From an uncultured bacterium (GTDB lineage: Bacteria > Zixibacteria > MSB-5A5 > CAIYYT01), in the NCBI GenBank assembly GCA_963726455.1, contig CAVSCK010000004.1, positions 1,376,001 to 1,440,000 of the forward strand: a DNA stretch of 64,000 nucleotides, written 5' to 3'. Below the pieces are notes generated by a model. It had not been told where the DNA came from. It ran no database searches and saw only the letters and a list, made by a program, of their open reading frames with translations. The translations under genes and the position numbers were made by a program. Of the stretch, positions 49,136 to 59,439 are shown one piece after another; the stretch's first letter is position 1, and each line of letters begins with the position of its first letter.

Positions 49136-51835
49136 CTACTTGGTCAGAACCATCTTCCTGGTTGTTGACGTTGTGCCGACGGTCAGGCGATATAGATAGA
49201 CACCGCTGGGTTTGTCGGCCGCGTCGAATTCCGCGACGTACCTGCCCGGCCTGGCGATACCGCTCGCCAGCGTCGAGACTTTCTCACCGAGTACATTGAA
49301 GACGTCCAGCGAGAACGGCTCCCCAACTCCACGGGAATTGATTTCGTAACTAATGATCGTCGACGGGTTGAACGGATTCGGGAAATTCTGGTTCAACTCG
49401 AATGCGGACGGCAACGGCAGGCCGGCGAAATCATCACTGACGTCAGTCGTCGTATTGGCAGCCAGGAAATCAAGCACACGCTGCATTACAACCTGGCGGC
49501 TAGCGAAGCCGGCTTTGTTGTTGTCGATGGACTCAAATCCGAATCCGAAAAACGCAACTCGATAACCTGAAACACTCGCAAACAGACTTGCCGCTGAACC
49601 GGCCGGCGAGATGTACCTGAAGGCCTCATTTGCGCCGGGAAGAACATCCAATATGTCCGCCGATCCTTGATTTGCCGCTCCATCACCGAAATAAACAGAA
49701 AGTGACAGGCCGCTACCGACAGGATCACCGGCAGTACCGCTCAAATATCGTCCGGCACAGTTGTTCGCAAAGCGCACGTGGAGGTAATCGCGCAGGAAAG
49801 TAGAGTCGGCGTTGTCTTTCAACTGCTCGGCGATGCTCTGCCCCGTCAGGAACAGGCGACCGCCCTGATTGAGATAACCGCGCAGGAAATTCACGCGCGC
49901 CGCGTCAATCACCGGCATCCGCTCATCGCCGGTATACCAGACCATATAAAAGTGCGAGTAGGCGCTGGTCGGCGGTATGCCGCTCGCGGTGACATCCCAG
50001 TAATCATACGGCACACCCAGACTGTCGAGCGTCGACGTGAACCAGAGACTGCGATCCATCGGCGGCGGATAGTCAGTGGAACCGTCGTCATCCACAAGCA
50101 GCAACTGTACTCCGCCCACGAACTTGTACAAAGTCGTGGTGAAGGTATCGGCCGGTGTTGTTGTCGTAACGGTTATGTCAAATCGCGCGTTCGTCGGCTG
50201 AATTGACGGGCTTAAAGTAAAATCAATCGGCGTCGTGCTATTGTTCTTCGACTGCCCCGTTGTCATATCACCCAGATTGTTCTGGCCGGTATTGAACGTG
50301 ATTCCCGGTGTCGGTGAAGTGACATTGACATTCACGCCGGCAACACCAACCCAATAGTTCTTAAGCGTGTAGAGCAACTGCGCGCGTTCACCCGGTAACA
50401 GGATGCCGTCGCCGTTGCCATATGCTGCGTCGCTGAAGCTCGTCGAGGTAAATTGCAGATTAGTCCGGCTGAAATTGATTTCCAAATTGCAGGTGACCGT
50501 GTTGTTCATCGGGTTCTGCACGATATTCCAAACTGAAACCTGATTGGCGATACCGGTCCACCCGGTTGTGCTCGGCGTGGTCAGATTCGTAAATTCGGTG
50601 TGCACATTCATGGGACCGGGATAGGGATCGTTGTTGTCGCCATCGTTCGTACCATGTTCGAGATCGAATTGCCCGTCGGCTTGCTCTACCGATACATGCC
50701 AACGCCCAAATCTGGCGACATCATTCGAGCCGGACAGGTTGTCATCGCAATGAAAGATCAGCAAACCTGACCCGGGCAGCGCCTGGTCAAAACCGACCTG
50801 TTGGCGGTTCTCTACCAGGTAGTATTCGTTGGAACCGGTAGACGGCAAGAATATCTTGTATCGCAAAGTGTCCGTTACTGATGGGCCCAGAGTCACGTTG
50901 GCCATATTGGAATTCACATTTACTTTCCGGCCGAAGTTTAGCTTGGTCTTGCACCAGGCGTCCAGGTGTGCCGGCCATTTTCCCAAACCATTCCAACTGC
51001 CTGATGCCATCAGCGACCATTTGCCCAAACCCGGCAGACCGGATGGACCGACATCGTACAAGTCGGGCAACGAGATTGCGTGTCCGAATTCATGGCAGTA
51101 TACGCCGATGTTGGTCGGACCGTTGAACTCCGCCTCCGGCCCGATGACATATGTCCTCACTACAATTCCCTCAGCCGTGATATATGAAGGCGACAGATAG
51201 TTCATGTGAGACCAGATCAATCCGGGAGCGCCGCCCTCCTCAGCTCCCTTACCGGCATGAACAATAAATACAGCATCTACGGCGCCATTGGTGTTGGCAT
51301 AGTTGGAGAAATTTATGACTGGATCAGCTATTTGTACCGCGTCCCGTACAAGGATTCCGCTCTCGCTTAATCCGTTGTCCGAGCCGACATAAGTCGCATA
51401 GGTTTTCGGCATTCGAAACCAGCCGTACACGTCACCGTCGACATCGGCTTTGCCATAGGAATTTTCGTCGTAGAAGTCCTTCATGCTCTGCGGGTGTTGG
51501 AGATTCTGACTGAAGAGTAACGAATCGAAATAAGGAGCTTCTTTGCCTGTGGTGCGAGCATTGTCAGAGAAATCAACCAGCAGCACAACGATCTTGTAAA
51601 AGACGGTCGCGTCGGCGCCGAGTGTTGTTCCAATCTTCATATTCGGCTTGGCCTGTGCCGCTTCCCGATCGGCCTCTAATTGGTCGCGCCAGGCCTTGAA
51701 TTTCACCGAAAATGCCTCCCAGGCGCCTTCGCGCTTCAACTTTTCCACCAATTGCGGCGAGATCGTCAAAGCACTAAGACTACCGGAGCCCAGAATCAGA
51801 AATGCGAGTAACAATAAGCAAATTAGCCGTTTCAT
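49136..51835 (-). CDS. M6 family (immune inhibitor A-like) metalloprotease with a T9SS type A-like CTD
   Basis: Signal peptide; HAGKGAE, HEFGHAISLPDLYD, WSLMASG and YYLVENRQ; CTD LNQNFPNPFNP...RKMVLTK. Confidence 0.9.
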   Translation of the reverse strand: MKRLICLLLLAFLILGSGSLSALTISPQLVEKLKREGAWEAFSVKFKAWRDQLEADREAAQAKPNMKIGTTLGADATVFYKIVVLLVDFSDNARTTGKEAPYFDSLLFSQNLQHPQSMKDFYDENSYGKADVDGDVYGWFRMPKTYATYVGSDNGLSESGILVRDAVQIADPVINFSNYANTNGAVDAVFIVHAGKGAEEGGAPGLIWSHMNYLSPSYITAEGIVVRTYVIGPEAEFNGPTNIGVYCHEFGHAISLPDLYDVGPSGLPGLGKWSLMASGSWNGLGKWPAHLDAWCKTKLNFGRKVNVNSNMANVTLGPSVTDTLRYKIFLPSTGSNEYYLVENRQQVGFDQALPGSGLLIFHCDDNLSGSNDVARFGRWHVSVEQADGQFDLEHGTNDGDNNDPYPGPMNVHTEFTNLTTPSTTGWTGIANQVSVWNIVQNPMNNTVTCNLEINFSRTNLQFTSTSFSDAAYGNGDGILLPGERAQLLYTLKNYWVGVAGVNVNVTSPTPGITFNTGQNNLGDMTTGQSKNNSTTPIDFTLSPSIQPTNARFDITVTTTTPADTFTTTLYKFVGGVQLLLVDDDGSTDYPPPMDRSLWFTSTLDSLGVPYDYWDVTASGIPPTSAYSHFYMVWYTGDERMPVIDAARVNFLRGYLNQGGRLFLTGQSIAEQLKDNADSTFLRDYLHVRFANNCAGRYLSGTAGDPVGSGLSLSVYFGDGAANQGSADILDVLPGANEAFRYISPAGSAASLFASVSGYRVAFFGFGFESIDNNKAGFASRQVVMQRVLDFLAANTTTDVSDDFAGLPLPSAFELNQNFPNPFNPSTIISYEINSRGVGEPFSLDVFNVLGEKVSTLASGIARPGRYVAEFDAADKPSGVYLYRLTVGTTSTTRKMVLTK

Positions 51836-51929
51836 ATATCCCCTAAATCCTTCCCGGAAGTATCATTCTTACCACTTTTCGGAAACCCATCAAAGGTAAT
51901 ATACGCCCAAAAGGCCGGTTTATCCATTG

Positions 51930-54791
51930 CTATTTCAGCAGTACCATCTTGCGAACCTGCGAACTGCCGCCAAAATTGACTCTATAGAAGTAGATTCCGC
52001 TCGCGACTTCGTTACCAAAGTTATCCTTCGCGTCCCAGGTTACCGTTCGGTGTCCCGCCGGAAGTGCCGGCAAGTCGATACTTCTGACCGTCCGGCCCAG
52101 GATGTCGACGATTTCGAAGCGGCAGTTGCCGGCGGTCGGCAACGAGAAACTGATCGCTGTTTCGGCATTGAAGGGATTCGGGTAATTTTGGTCGAGAGTG
52201 AATGCCGTGGGCAGGTTGCCGCCCTCACCGCCATCAACACTGGTCGCCGTGTTGTAGCGATTCTCTCCCCGCTGCAAAGACAGCCGGATCTCGTCCAGAC
52301 TGTTGCCGGAGGCGATGATGGCGGCCATCTCGATCACACCGCTGGAAGGAATGTCCATAGGCCCTACGCCGACGACCAATGCATTGTCGCCGATGCCGGC
52401 GGATAGTCTAGTCGAGCCTGCCGAGATCAAGCCATACTTTTGCGGATCATTCAGACTGCCATTCTTATAGGTGCTGCCTGCAATTTCCTGGCCATATGAA
52501 ATACCATGCGGAAGCAGGCGAACGCCGACATAACGGTTGTACGAGCCACTCCGAAACACAAAGTCAGAGCCGTCGGTAATGACGGTCTCACCATCGGCAA
52601 AGTCCACGTCCAAACCCAGCGCCAGATAGCAGCGGGTAAAGGAAGTGGCCAGTCCCTCGCCAACTTTGAAATCAAGCAGGACGTAGCCGGCATCTGCCGG
52701 GCCCTGATAGACTGTGGCCTTCTGGCTGATAGTGAAGGCCGCGTCTCTCGTTCGGAACTGTGCGCTAAGTGAGGTCGCATCGCCGTAGACTTCGGATGTC
52801 ATGGTGTCAGCCGCGAAATAATCGATATTTCCCGGCAAGGCATCGTAGACGACGCCCAGCGAATCGGCAATCATGAAGCTCAGTTGCGAAAGCAGATTTG
52901 ATCCTGCTGAGGCATCATACATACGCCGGCTCACGCCAAAATTGGTTACTTCGAAATTCAATCGATCAGTATGCAAGTTTGCGGCGCGCGCTGTCACCGG
53001 CTGGTCAACAGTCAAGCTGAAGTCGGCGCTGTTAAGGTAGCCCATTACGCGGCTGTAAAAATCGACCGAGAAACTTATGGAAGTGCCCGGCGCCACAAAG
53101 TGATCCAGCTTGATCATGAACGGCCTGCCGAGATTATCGGTCAATCCGCCTACGGAAGCCGCGCCGAATGAAGCCGTGTCCGTGAGAATGAAGACATGGC
53201 TATCGGAACAATGCAAATCAGCCCGGAAGTCACCGGACGCGACGATGGAATCAACGAGCGTCAATTCCAGCGGCGTGGTTGCGCCTTCAGAGAAAATGCC
53301 GTCGTTCGACTGCGCCAGTTGTATGCCGGCAATCGAAATGCGTGGCTTGCGCGGTTGCGGCAGCAGATCGACCGCACGCGCAACATTTATGAAGCCCCAA
53401 CCATAATCGTTATCCTTGCCCGGAGCACCCAGATCGCTGGCAGAGTTTATCAAAGCCATCTTGATCTGTTCAACGGTCGCTTCGGGGTTATATTCTCTCA
53501 TCAACGCAACGCAACCCGCGACGAAAGGCGCTGCCATTGACGTTCCCGACATCAAGCGATAGTCACCCTTGTAGCTGGAGCGTATGGATACGCCCGGCGC
53601 CATTATCTCCGGTTTGATCTTGGTAGTGTCGCAGGTCGCAGGTCCGCGGCTGGAGAACGGCGCCACCGGCAGATCAATTTGATTCTGATCAACAGCGCCG
53701 ACCGAGAAGGAATTGGTCGGGCTGGACGTGCGATCGGCCGGATTGCGAATCGTACCGGCGTTCGGCCCCTCGTTCCCGCAAGCAAAAACCACGACCACTC
53801 CCAACGCCTCCAGGTTGTCAATTGCCTGATAAAAGGTCTGGTCGCAGGGTGCAAACAATCCGCGTGGAATGCCCCACGAGTTGGAAACAACGTCAGGCAG
53901 ATCGTCAACCGTCTCCGGGTTGCCGTCAGGATCAGCCGCCCATTGAAATGCCGCGATAATATCAGACACTGTCTTCGAAAGACTCTGTCCCCGATCCACG
54001 ACTCCCGCCGCAATCCAGTTGGCGTTAAACGCGACGCCGATGGTGTCCGCCCCGTCACGCCCTGCGATAATACCCATCGTGTGGGTTCCATGGCCGTTCA
54101 AATCAGTCGGTGAAGTTGTACCGTAGGGGTCAAACCAGCTCTGGGTTTCCGTTCCACCTCTGGCGCCAAGCCAATTGGCCACCAGGGCCGGATGTGTGCC
54201 ATCCACACCGGTGTCGAAATTGCTGACCAACCGACCATGACCGGTATAACCCCTGTTCCAAAGCTCGCGAACTCCTGTGATCGCCATGTAATTCGGGCTG
54301 CCTGCAAGTCCCGAGGTTGACGTTTCAGTTGATACCGGAGCCACCAACTCCAGTGGAAGATCCTCCACCAGATAGTTTAATTCCGGTCTCTCAGATATCG
54401 AGTCGAGCAAGCCGCGATCGACTGTGAATGAGACCGCGTCCGTTATCCAGTATGATTTGATGTCGCTTACTTGTCCGGATTCCGACAGCTTCTGTAGATA
54501 GTCTTTGAACGATAGAGATTCGCCGCTTACGTGCTGCAGTTCCTTGATAAGCTGAGCGTGGTTTTCTTTGGCGCGAACATCGCCCACCATGGTCAGCGTC
54601 TTATGAAACGCCTGATTTGGTGACGGATTCAAGAATGCCACCACTCTGACCTTGCCCATAAGTGGCTGACCGCTCTGCAGCGACGGTGACAGCTTTTCGC
54701 TTGCTGCCTGAACGCTTGAGTAAATTGCAGCTAAGAGTAACGTGGTCAGAATCAGCACAGTCTTCGCAGATATGTCGTTGCGGTAAGTCAT
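51930..54791 (-). CDS. S8 subtilase (bacillopeptidase F-like) with a T9SS type A-like CTD
   Basis: Catalytic triad motifs DTG, HGTH and GTSMA; CTD LDQNYPNPFN...RKMVLLK. Start approximate. Confidence 0.9.
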   Translation of the reverse strand: MTYRNDISAKTVLILTTLLLAAIYSSVQAASEKLSPSLQSGQPLMGKVRVVAFLNPSPNQAFHKTLTMVGDVRAKENHAQLIKELQHVSGESLSFKDYLQKLSESGQVSDIKSYWITDAVSFTVDRGLLDSISERPELNYLVEDLPLELVAPVSTETSTSGLAGSPNYMAITGVRELWNRGYTGHGRLVSNFDTGVDGTHPALVANWLGARGGTETQSWFDPYGTTSPTDLNGHGTHTMGIIAGRDGADTIGVAFNANWIAAGVVDRGQSLSKTVSDIIAAFQWAADPDGNPETVDDLPDVVSNSWGIPRGLFAPCDQTFYQAIDNLEALGVVVVFACGNEGPNAGTIRNPADRTSSPTNSFSVGAVDQNQIDLPVAPFSSRGPATCDTTKIKPEIMAPGVSIRSSYKGDYRLMSGTSMAAPFVAGCVALMREYNPEATVEQIKMALINSASDLGAPGKDNDYGWGFINVARAVDLLPQPRKPRISIAGIQLAQSNDGIFSEGATTPLELTLVDSIVASGDFRADLHCSDSHVFILTDTASFGAASVGGLTDNLGRPFMIKLDHFVAPGTSISFSVDFYSRVMGYLNSADFSLTVDQPVTARAANLHTDRLNFEVTNFGVSRRMYDASAGSNLLSQLSFMIADSLGVVYDALPGNIDYFAADTMTSEVYGDATSLSAQFRTRDAAFTISQKATVYQGPADAGYVLLDFKVGEGLATSFTRCYLALGLDVDFADGETVITDGSDFVFRSGSYNRYVGVRLLPHGISYGQEIAGSTYKNGSLNDPQKYGLISAGSTRLSAGIGDNALVVGVGPMDIPSSGVIEMAAIIASGNSLDEIRLSLQRGENRYNTATSVDGGEGGNLPTAFTLDQNYPNPFNAETAISFSLPTAGNCRFEIVDILGRTVRSIDLPALPAGHRTVTWDAKDNFGNEVASGIYFYRVNFGGSSQVRKMVLLK

Positions 54792-55030
54792 CGCAGCATA
54801 TCCAAGCAACTGCTGTGCCGCTACCTGATAACGCAATCCATTGCACAGCTATCGCTCCACCGCTTTGCACTCTCAAGCGGGCATGGAGCAACAGTCTGTC
54901 ATTCAATAGGTTAGATGCGGACAAATCCCCTGAAGTGTAGTCGACCACGGAGTGAACGACGACAGTCCATCTTTATGTGCACCAGCATGCACGTAACCTT
55001 GCGCAGACACCTGCAGGAAAACCTCGCATG

Positions 55031-55059
55031 TTGCGACGCCTCTTCAAACAGCGTATCTT
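55031..55059 (+). promoter_or_regulatory. Putative sigma70 promoter, leaderless
   Basis: TTGCGA-17-TATCTT; ATG 55067 lies 7 nt downstream. Confidence 0.55.
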
Positions 55060-55066
55060 CATCTTG

Positions 55067-57337
55067 ATGGAGATAAAATCCGACAAGACATATATCATTG
55101 CGCTCTTTTGCGCCGGCCTGATTGCCAGGATCGCCTATTTCTTTGAATTCAAGAACTTGCTTGAATTCCTGCACCCTACTGTTGATGCTCTCTTCCACCA
55201 TCTGATGGCGATGTCGATTGCGTCCGGAGCCATTACATCCGGCGAACCGTTTTTCCGGGCGCCGTTCTACAGCTATTTTTTGGGGCTCATCTATTTCGTC
55301 ACGGGTGACAGCATTGGCTTCGCCCGGTTTATTCAGTTGGTCATTGGCGCGTTCACTCCGGTACTCACGTTTCTGGTGGCGCGGCGAATCTTCAATCGAA
55401 CGATTGCCATTGTCGCATCCCTGCTGGTGCTCTTGTGCGGCGATCTGGTGTACTTTGAGGCCGAGTTACTGCTGGAATTCCTGGTAGTCACTCTGCTCCT
55501 GCTAACCTGGTATTTCTATCTGCGGTTTCGCGATAGTCTCAGATGGAATTGGTTGTTGCTGTCCGGGCTGGCCACAGGTCTTGCGATAATCACGCGCCCG
55601 AACTCTGCGGTGGTGCTTCCCGTAATGATCTACCTGCTCTGGACCGACCGCAGCGAGTTCCCCGAAAGCAAAACGCGCAAGGAGATAACCTCTTACCTGT
55701 TGCTCGCCCTGCTTCCGATCGTAGTTGTCCTGGCTCACAATATTACCCGCCCGCAACCGGCGTTCACCATTGCCACCCAGGGCGGTGTCAACTTCTACAT
55801 CGGCAATAACAAAGATGCGGATGGTGTCAGTGCGATCATGCCCGGCAAATTGGGCTACGACTGGCAGTACAACGACATCAAGTATCAGGCAGAATACGCG
55901 GAGCAACGTGCGCTTTCTCCCGTACAGGTCAGCGACTACTATTACCAACAAGCGCTACACGATATCGCCGCCAATCCCGGACACTGGCTTGGTCTTGAAA
56001 TCAAGAAGCTGTATCTGATCTTCTCGGGCAGCGACATTTCCAACAACCGCAACTTGATTGCGTTTCGTTCGCAGTTCGTAACTCTCAAGTTCCTTCCCGT
56101 CGGAATGGCCATCCTGGCGCCGCTCGGATTGATCGGAATGGTCATTGTCTTTCGCCGGTCGCGTTTCAGCAGAGGCCTGATCTTCTGCGTGCTGCTTTAT
56201 GTCGCGTCGTTCGTTGTGTATTTCGTAAATTCGCGCTTTCGCCTGCCGGCTCTGCCACTGCTCGCAATGTTGTCTGCCGCAACGTTGTTCGAAATCTATC
56301 AACTCGCGCGCCGGCATTCTTACCGGCGGGTGGCTCTCGTTACGGCGCCGGTCATCATTCTGCTGATCTTCTTGAATAGTAATGTATACCGCCTCAATTT
56401 CGATAACCGACAGCAGGCCTTGTTTAGCAAAGGCAACCTGTACTTGGCTATGGGCGACTATGCTAACGCCGCCGGTGACTTTCACGCAGCCCTGAACGCC
56501 GGTCCGCCAATGCAACAGATAAATCTGAACATCGGCGTTACGTTCTTGCAGCAAGGTATTCCTGATTCGGCCGAATTCTATTTCCTGCGCGAAGATTCGC
56601 TCTTTGACGGCAGTGCCGAAGCGCTGAATAATCTTGCCTACCTGGCCAGAAGAAAGAAGGATTTCCCACGCGCGATCGACTGTGCTCAGAAGGCGCTGGC
56701 TGTGAAACCGTATTTTGAGGAAGCAATTCTGAATCTTTGTTATGCTTTCCGTGAGTCAGGATTCGCGGACAGCGCCTATCAGCAACTGGCCCGATTCGCC
56801 GTATCGAACCAGTTCACTATTCGCGAGCAATTCCTGCTGGGGATACTCGCCAGCGACTTGGGTCATTTCGACGAAGCCACCACAACCTTGCGAGGCGTTC
56901 TGGAGCGCATCTCCCGGCGCGCGCAACCGCTCTATGCAGAGGCCAGCGGCATCCCTTCCCTGCACCTTGATCTTAATCCGCAGGTACGTCCGGGCCGGGT
57001 CGAATATAATCTGGGCTATGTGTTGGGCGCGTCCGGTCAGCTTGACTCCGCCATCGTCCATCTTAACAAAGCGGTGGATGAGGATCCCAATATTTCCGAG
57101 GCATGGGTTAATCTCGGCTCCGCCTATTTTGCCAAACACGATCTCACTAACGCCAAGAAGTCCCTATTGCAGGCCGCGCGGCTCAATTCCCAGAGTGACA
57201 TCCTGATGTACAACCTCGCACTAGTGTCTCTCGCCTCAAATGACACGACCGAGGCCCGGGCATATCTCCAACGTTGCCTCTCATTGAATCCACAGCTTTC
57301 GCCGGCAAAGCTTCTATCGCAGCAACTTGGCCAATAG
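55067..57337 (+). CDS. GT-C fold (ArnT/PMT-like) membrane glycosyltransferase with C-terminal TPR repeats
   Basis: Multi-TM N-terminal half (FRAPFY, TRPN, NFYIGNN, RFRLP) plus TPR helices (ALNNLA, AWVNLG, YNLA). Confidence 0.8.
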   Translation: MEIKSDKTYIIALFCAGLIARIAYFFEFKNLLEFLHPTVDALFHHLMAMSIASGAITSGEPFFRAPFYSYFLGLIYFVTGDSIGFARFIQLVIGAFTPVLTFLVARRIFNRTIAIVASLLVLLCGDLVYFEAELLLEFLVVTLLLLTWYFYLRFRDSLRWNWLLLSGLATGLAIITRPNSAVVLPVMIYLLWTDRSEFPESKTRKEITSYLLLALLPIVVVLAHNITRPQPAFTIATQGGVNFYIGNNKDADGVSAIMPGKLGYDWQYNDIKYQAEYAEQRALSPVQVSDYYYQQALHDIAANPGHWLGLEIKKLYLIFSGSDISNNRNLIAFRSQFVTLKFLPVGMAILAPLGLIGMVIVFRRSRFSRGLIFCVLLYVASFVVYFVNSRFRLPALPLLAMLSAATLFEIYQLARRHSYRRVALVTAPVIILLIFLNSNVYRLNFDNRQQALFSKGNLYLAMGDYANAAGDFHAALNAGPPMQQINLNIGVTFLQQGIPDSAEFYFLREDSLFDGSAEALNNLAYLARRKKDFPRAIDCAQKALAVKPYFEEAILNLCYAFRESGFADSAYQQLARFAVSNQFTIREQFLLGILASDLGHFDEATTTLRGVLERISRRAQPLYAEASGIPSLHLDLNPQVRPGRVEYNLGYVLGASGQLDSAIVHLNKAVDEDPNISEAWVNLGSAYFAKHDLTNAKKSLLQAARLNSQSDILMYNLALVSLASNDTTEARAYLQRCLSLNPQLSPAKLLSQQLGQ

Positions 57338-57342
57338 ATAAC

Positions 57343-57375
57343 AAAAAGAAAGGCCGGAGGTTATCACCTCCGGCC
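57343..57375 (-). terminator. Intrinsic terminator between convergent genes
   Basis: Stem GGCCGGAGG/CCTCCGGCC, followed on the minus strand by TTTCTTTTT. Confidence 0.8.
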
Positions 57376-57397
57376 ATTATCATCAAGGAATTACGAG

Positions 57398-59407
57398 TTA
57401 GCGATTCAAGAACCAGTTCATGGTCTTGCGAGATATGTCGATGGCAACGCTACGGTCGATAATCCACATCGAGAATCCGTACACCGCCGTCTTGAAAAAT
57501 CCCGAGTTATATCGCAGGCCGATGACCTTGCCCTGCAGCCCTGCTACGTAGGCCTGCATCGAATCCGGAACGAAATCGCCGAAGTACGAATTGTAAAGCC
57601 ACAAAGGCTCACTATAGATACCTCGGACGAAGTAGTTCGCATTCGGTGCGGCACGCCATTGAATTGAGTTATACAGTCTATAAGGAATCGTGTCCATCAG
57701 CACTGGGTCATACTCGATACAATTGCCAAGAGTATCAAATCGAATACAATGCTTGGAAATTTTCAACGTGTCACTGGAAATGATGTAAGTGCGCTTGACC
57801 TTGTTCATGTCAACATTGAAATCCATCATCCCCCCGCCGGCCAGAGCCAGACCACCCATGAACTCTTCATTGGTCGGCAGGAAAGGTCCCGACCGCCCTG
57901 GACGAGTGCCATCCTGGTATCGCTTCAGATAGCTGGAAGCCCAACCGCCACGAAACTCTTGCTCAACGTCGAAGTACCTGTAATATGCAGGCATCTTGTC
58001 ACTGAACGTTTTCAGGCCCGCTTCGATTCCCGAATACCAAGCGCCAAAGGGAGCTGTTGCCCAAAGCCAGACATTGCCGCCAAAATCAAGGTATGGCACC
58101 AATGCCTTGAAATGTTCCTCCGAGAAGTTGGCCTTATCGCCATCGTCAATCATTAGCACAACTTTGTATTTCGCCAACATCAGCTTTGACGGAATCTGTT
58201 CACCTTCATCAAGCGATGCCACGATCGTCGTCGGATTCGGATATCCGGCAGAGTCCAGAACCTCTTTGTAGAAGTTGAGGAGCTTCCGAAGATCGATCAG
58301 GTTCGTGTCCTGGAAGTCAATGCCATTGTAACGACGAATTTCACCGGGGCCTTGCACCTTGGTTGCAAACGACGCAACGTACACTAACAAATCATTCTCC
58401 AACTGGGGATCGATTGCATAGAAGGGCAGATATGCCGGGGATGGATCGGGCACGAACGCATCATCGCGCGATGTCACTTTGAGGACAAACCATGCCGAGC
58501 GAGTGGTATCACTACGCGGCTCATTTCTCCACAGGTTATATGCTTGCGTGGTCGTAGTCTTGATCCACACTCCGCCGGTCAGCGTGTCAAAAGACTGGGT
58601 AATCAGCTTGCCCGGCTGCAAAGTATCGAAAGTCGCAGGATTCAGTTCGTAAAGATTCTTGACCGTATCCGTTGGAGTCATGTCAAGGTCTGTCTTCTGA
58701 TAGGGTCCGAATAGCTGATAGTAATAATCAAAGGTCGGTTCCGGATTATCACTCGGATAGTCAATCTTGTCGCTGCCTTTCCATTCAAGCGGAATGCCGC
58801 GATATGTCAACGTGGTCTCGGGCCGGTCGTAGGTTCCCGTACCGTCCGGAACTGTGCGAATCTCCGTATCAGGGGGGTGATTGGCCCGCGAGTATAACCG
58901 AAAGTCAATACCGGAACGAGCTGAATCATTGTCAACCGAACGCACATAGAAGTACTGCGCAACATATTTCTGGGGGTCGGCGTCGGCAAATAAATGTATC
59001 GTCTGCCGGTTAGGCGTCGTGTTTGGGTCGACATTTATTCTCTGCCAGCACGACTCGGGAACACAATCTACTCCCTCGCGCGCCGTCTTCAGCACAGTCG
59101 CCGCATAGTTGATTATCATTGAATCTTTGCTGGTATCTACGCCCGCCGCTGCGACCAGCGCTGCCGGAACCACGGCATATTCGTATGCGACTATGAAACC
59201 GTCAACGTCAGTCCCGAACCAGTACAGAGTGGGGTTCGCGGTGAAGTGCGAATTGTTCGGCGGTATGTTGACGATTTCAACTTTCGGGATTTTGTTTACC
59301 GGCGGGTCCTGGTCGTACTTCGTGCCCTTTGTGCAAGATAGCATCAGTAGAACCGCCGCTGCCGTCAGCAGGATTAACAGGGTTTTTATGGCCTTTCCAG
59401 AGATCAT
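57398..59407 (-). CDS. Large hypothetical lipoprotein
   Basis: Lipobox LMLSC; two Ig-like repeats (NKIPKVEI..WFGTDVDG..VRSVDN and NHPPDTEI..WKGSD..VTSRDD); GAGGAGG SD. Confidence 0.75.
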   Translation of the reverse strand: MISGKAIKTLLILLTAAAVLLMLSCTKGTKYDQDPPVNKIPKVEIVNIPPNNSHFTANPTLYWFGTDVDGFIVAYEYAVVPAALVAAAGVDTSKDSMIINYAATVLKTAREGVDCVPESCWQRINVDPNTTPNRQTIHLFADADPQKYVAQYFYVRSVDNDSARSGIDFRLYSRANHPPDTEIRTVPDGTGTYDRPETTLTYRGIPLEWKGSDKIDYPSDNPEPTFDYYYQLFGPYQKTDLDMTPTDTVKNLYELNPATFDTLQPGKLITQSFDTLTGGVWIKTTTTQAYNLWRNEPRSDTTRSAWFVLKVTSRDDAFVPDPSPAYLPFYAIDPQLENDLLVYVASFATKVQGPGEIRRYNGIDFQDTNLIDLRKLLNFYKEVLDSAGYPNPTTIVASLDEGEQIPSKLMLAKYKVVLMIDDGDKANFSEEHFKALVPYLDFGGNVWLWATAPFGAWYSGIEAGLKTFSDKMPAYYRYFDVEQEFRGGWASSYLKRYQDGTRPGRSGPFLPTNEEFMGGLALAGGGMMDFNVDMNKVKRTYIISSDTLKISKHCIRFDTLGNCIEYDPVLMDTIPYRLYNSIQWRAAPNANYFVRGIYSEPLWLYNSYFGDFVPDSMQAYVAGLQGKVIGLRYNSGFFKTAVYGFSMWIIDRSVAIDISRKTMNWFLNR

Positions 59408-59439
59408 CTATTCCTCCTCAAACACATTTATATTCAAAC

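Noticed and set aside
54911-55201. 96 aa minus-strand ORF and the 5' extension of the GT-TPR ORF
   Set aside because: It overlaps the GT-TPR gene antisense, and the promoter position supports a start at 55067.
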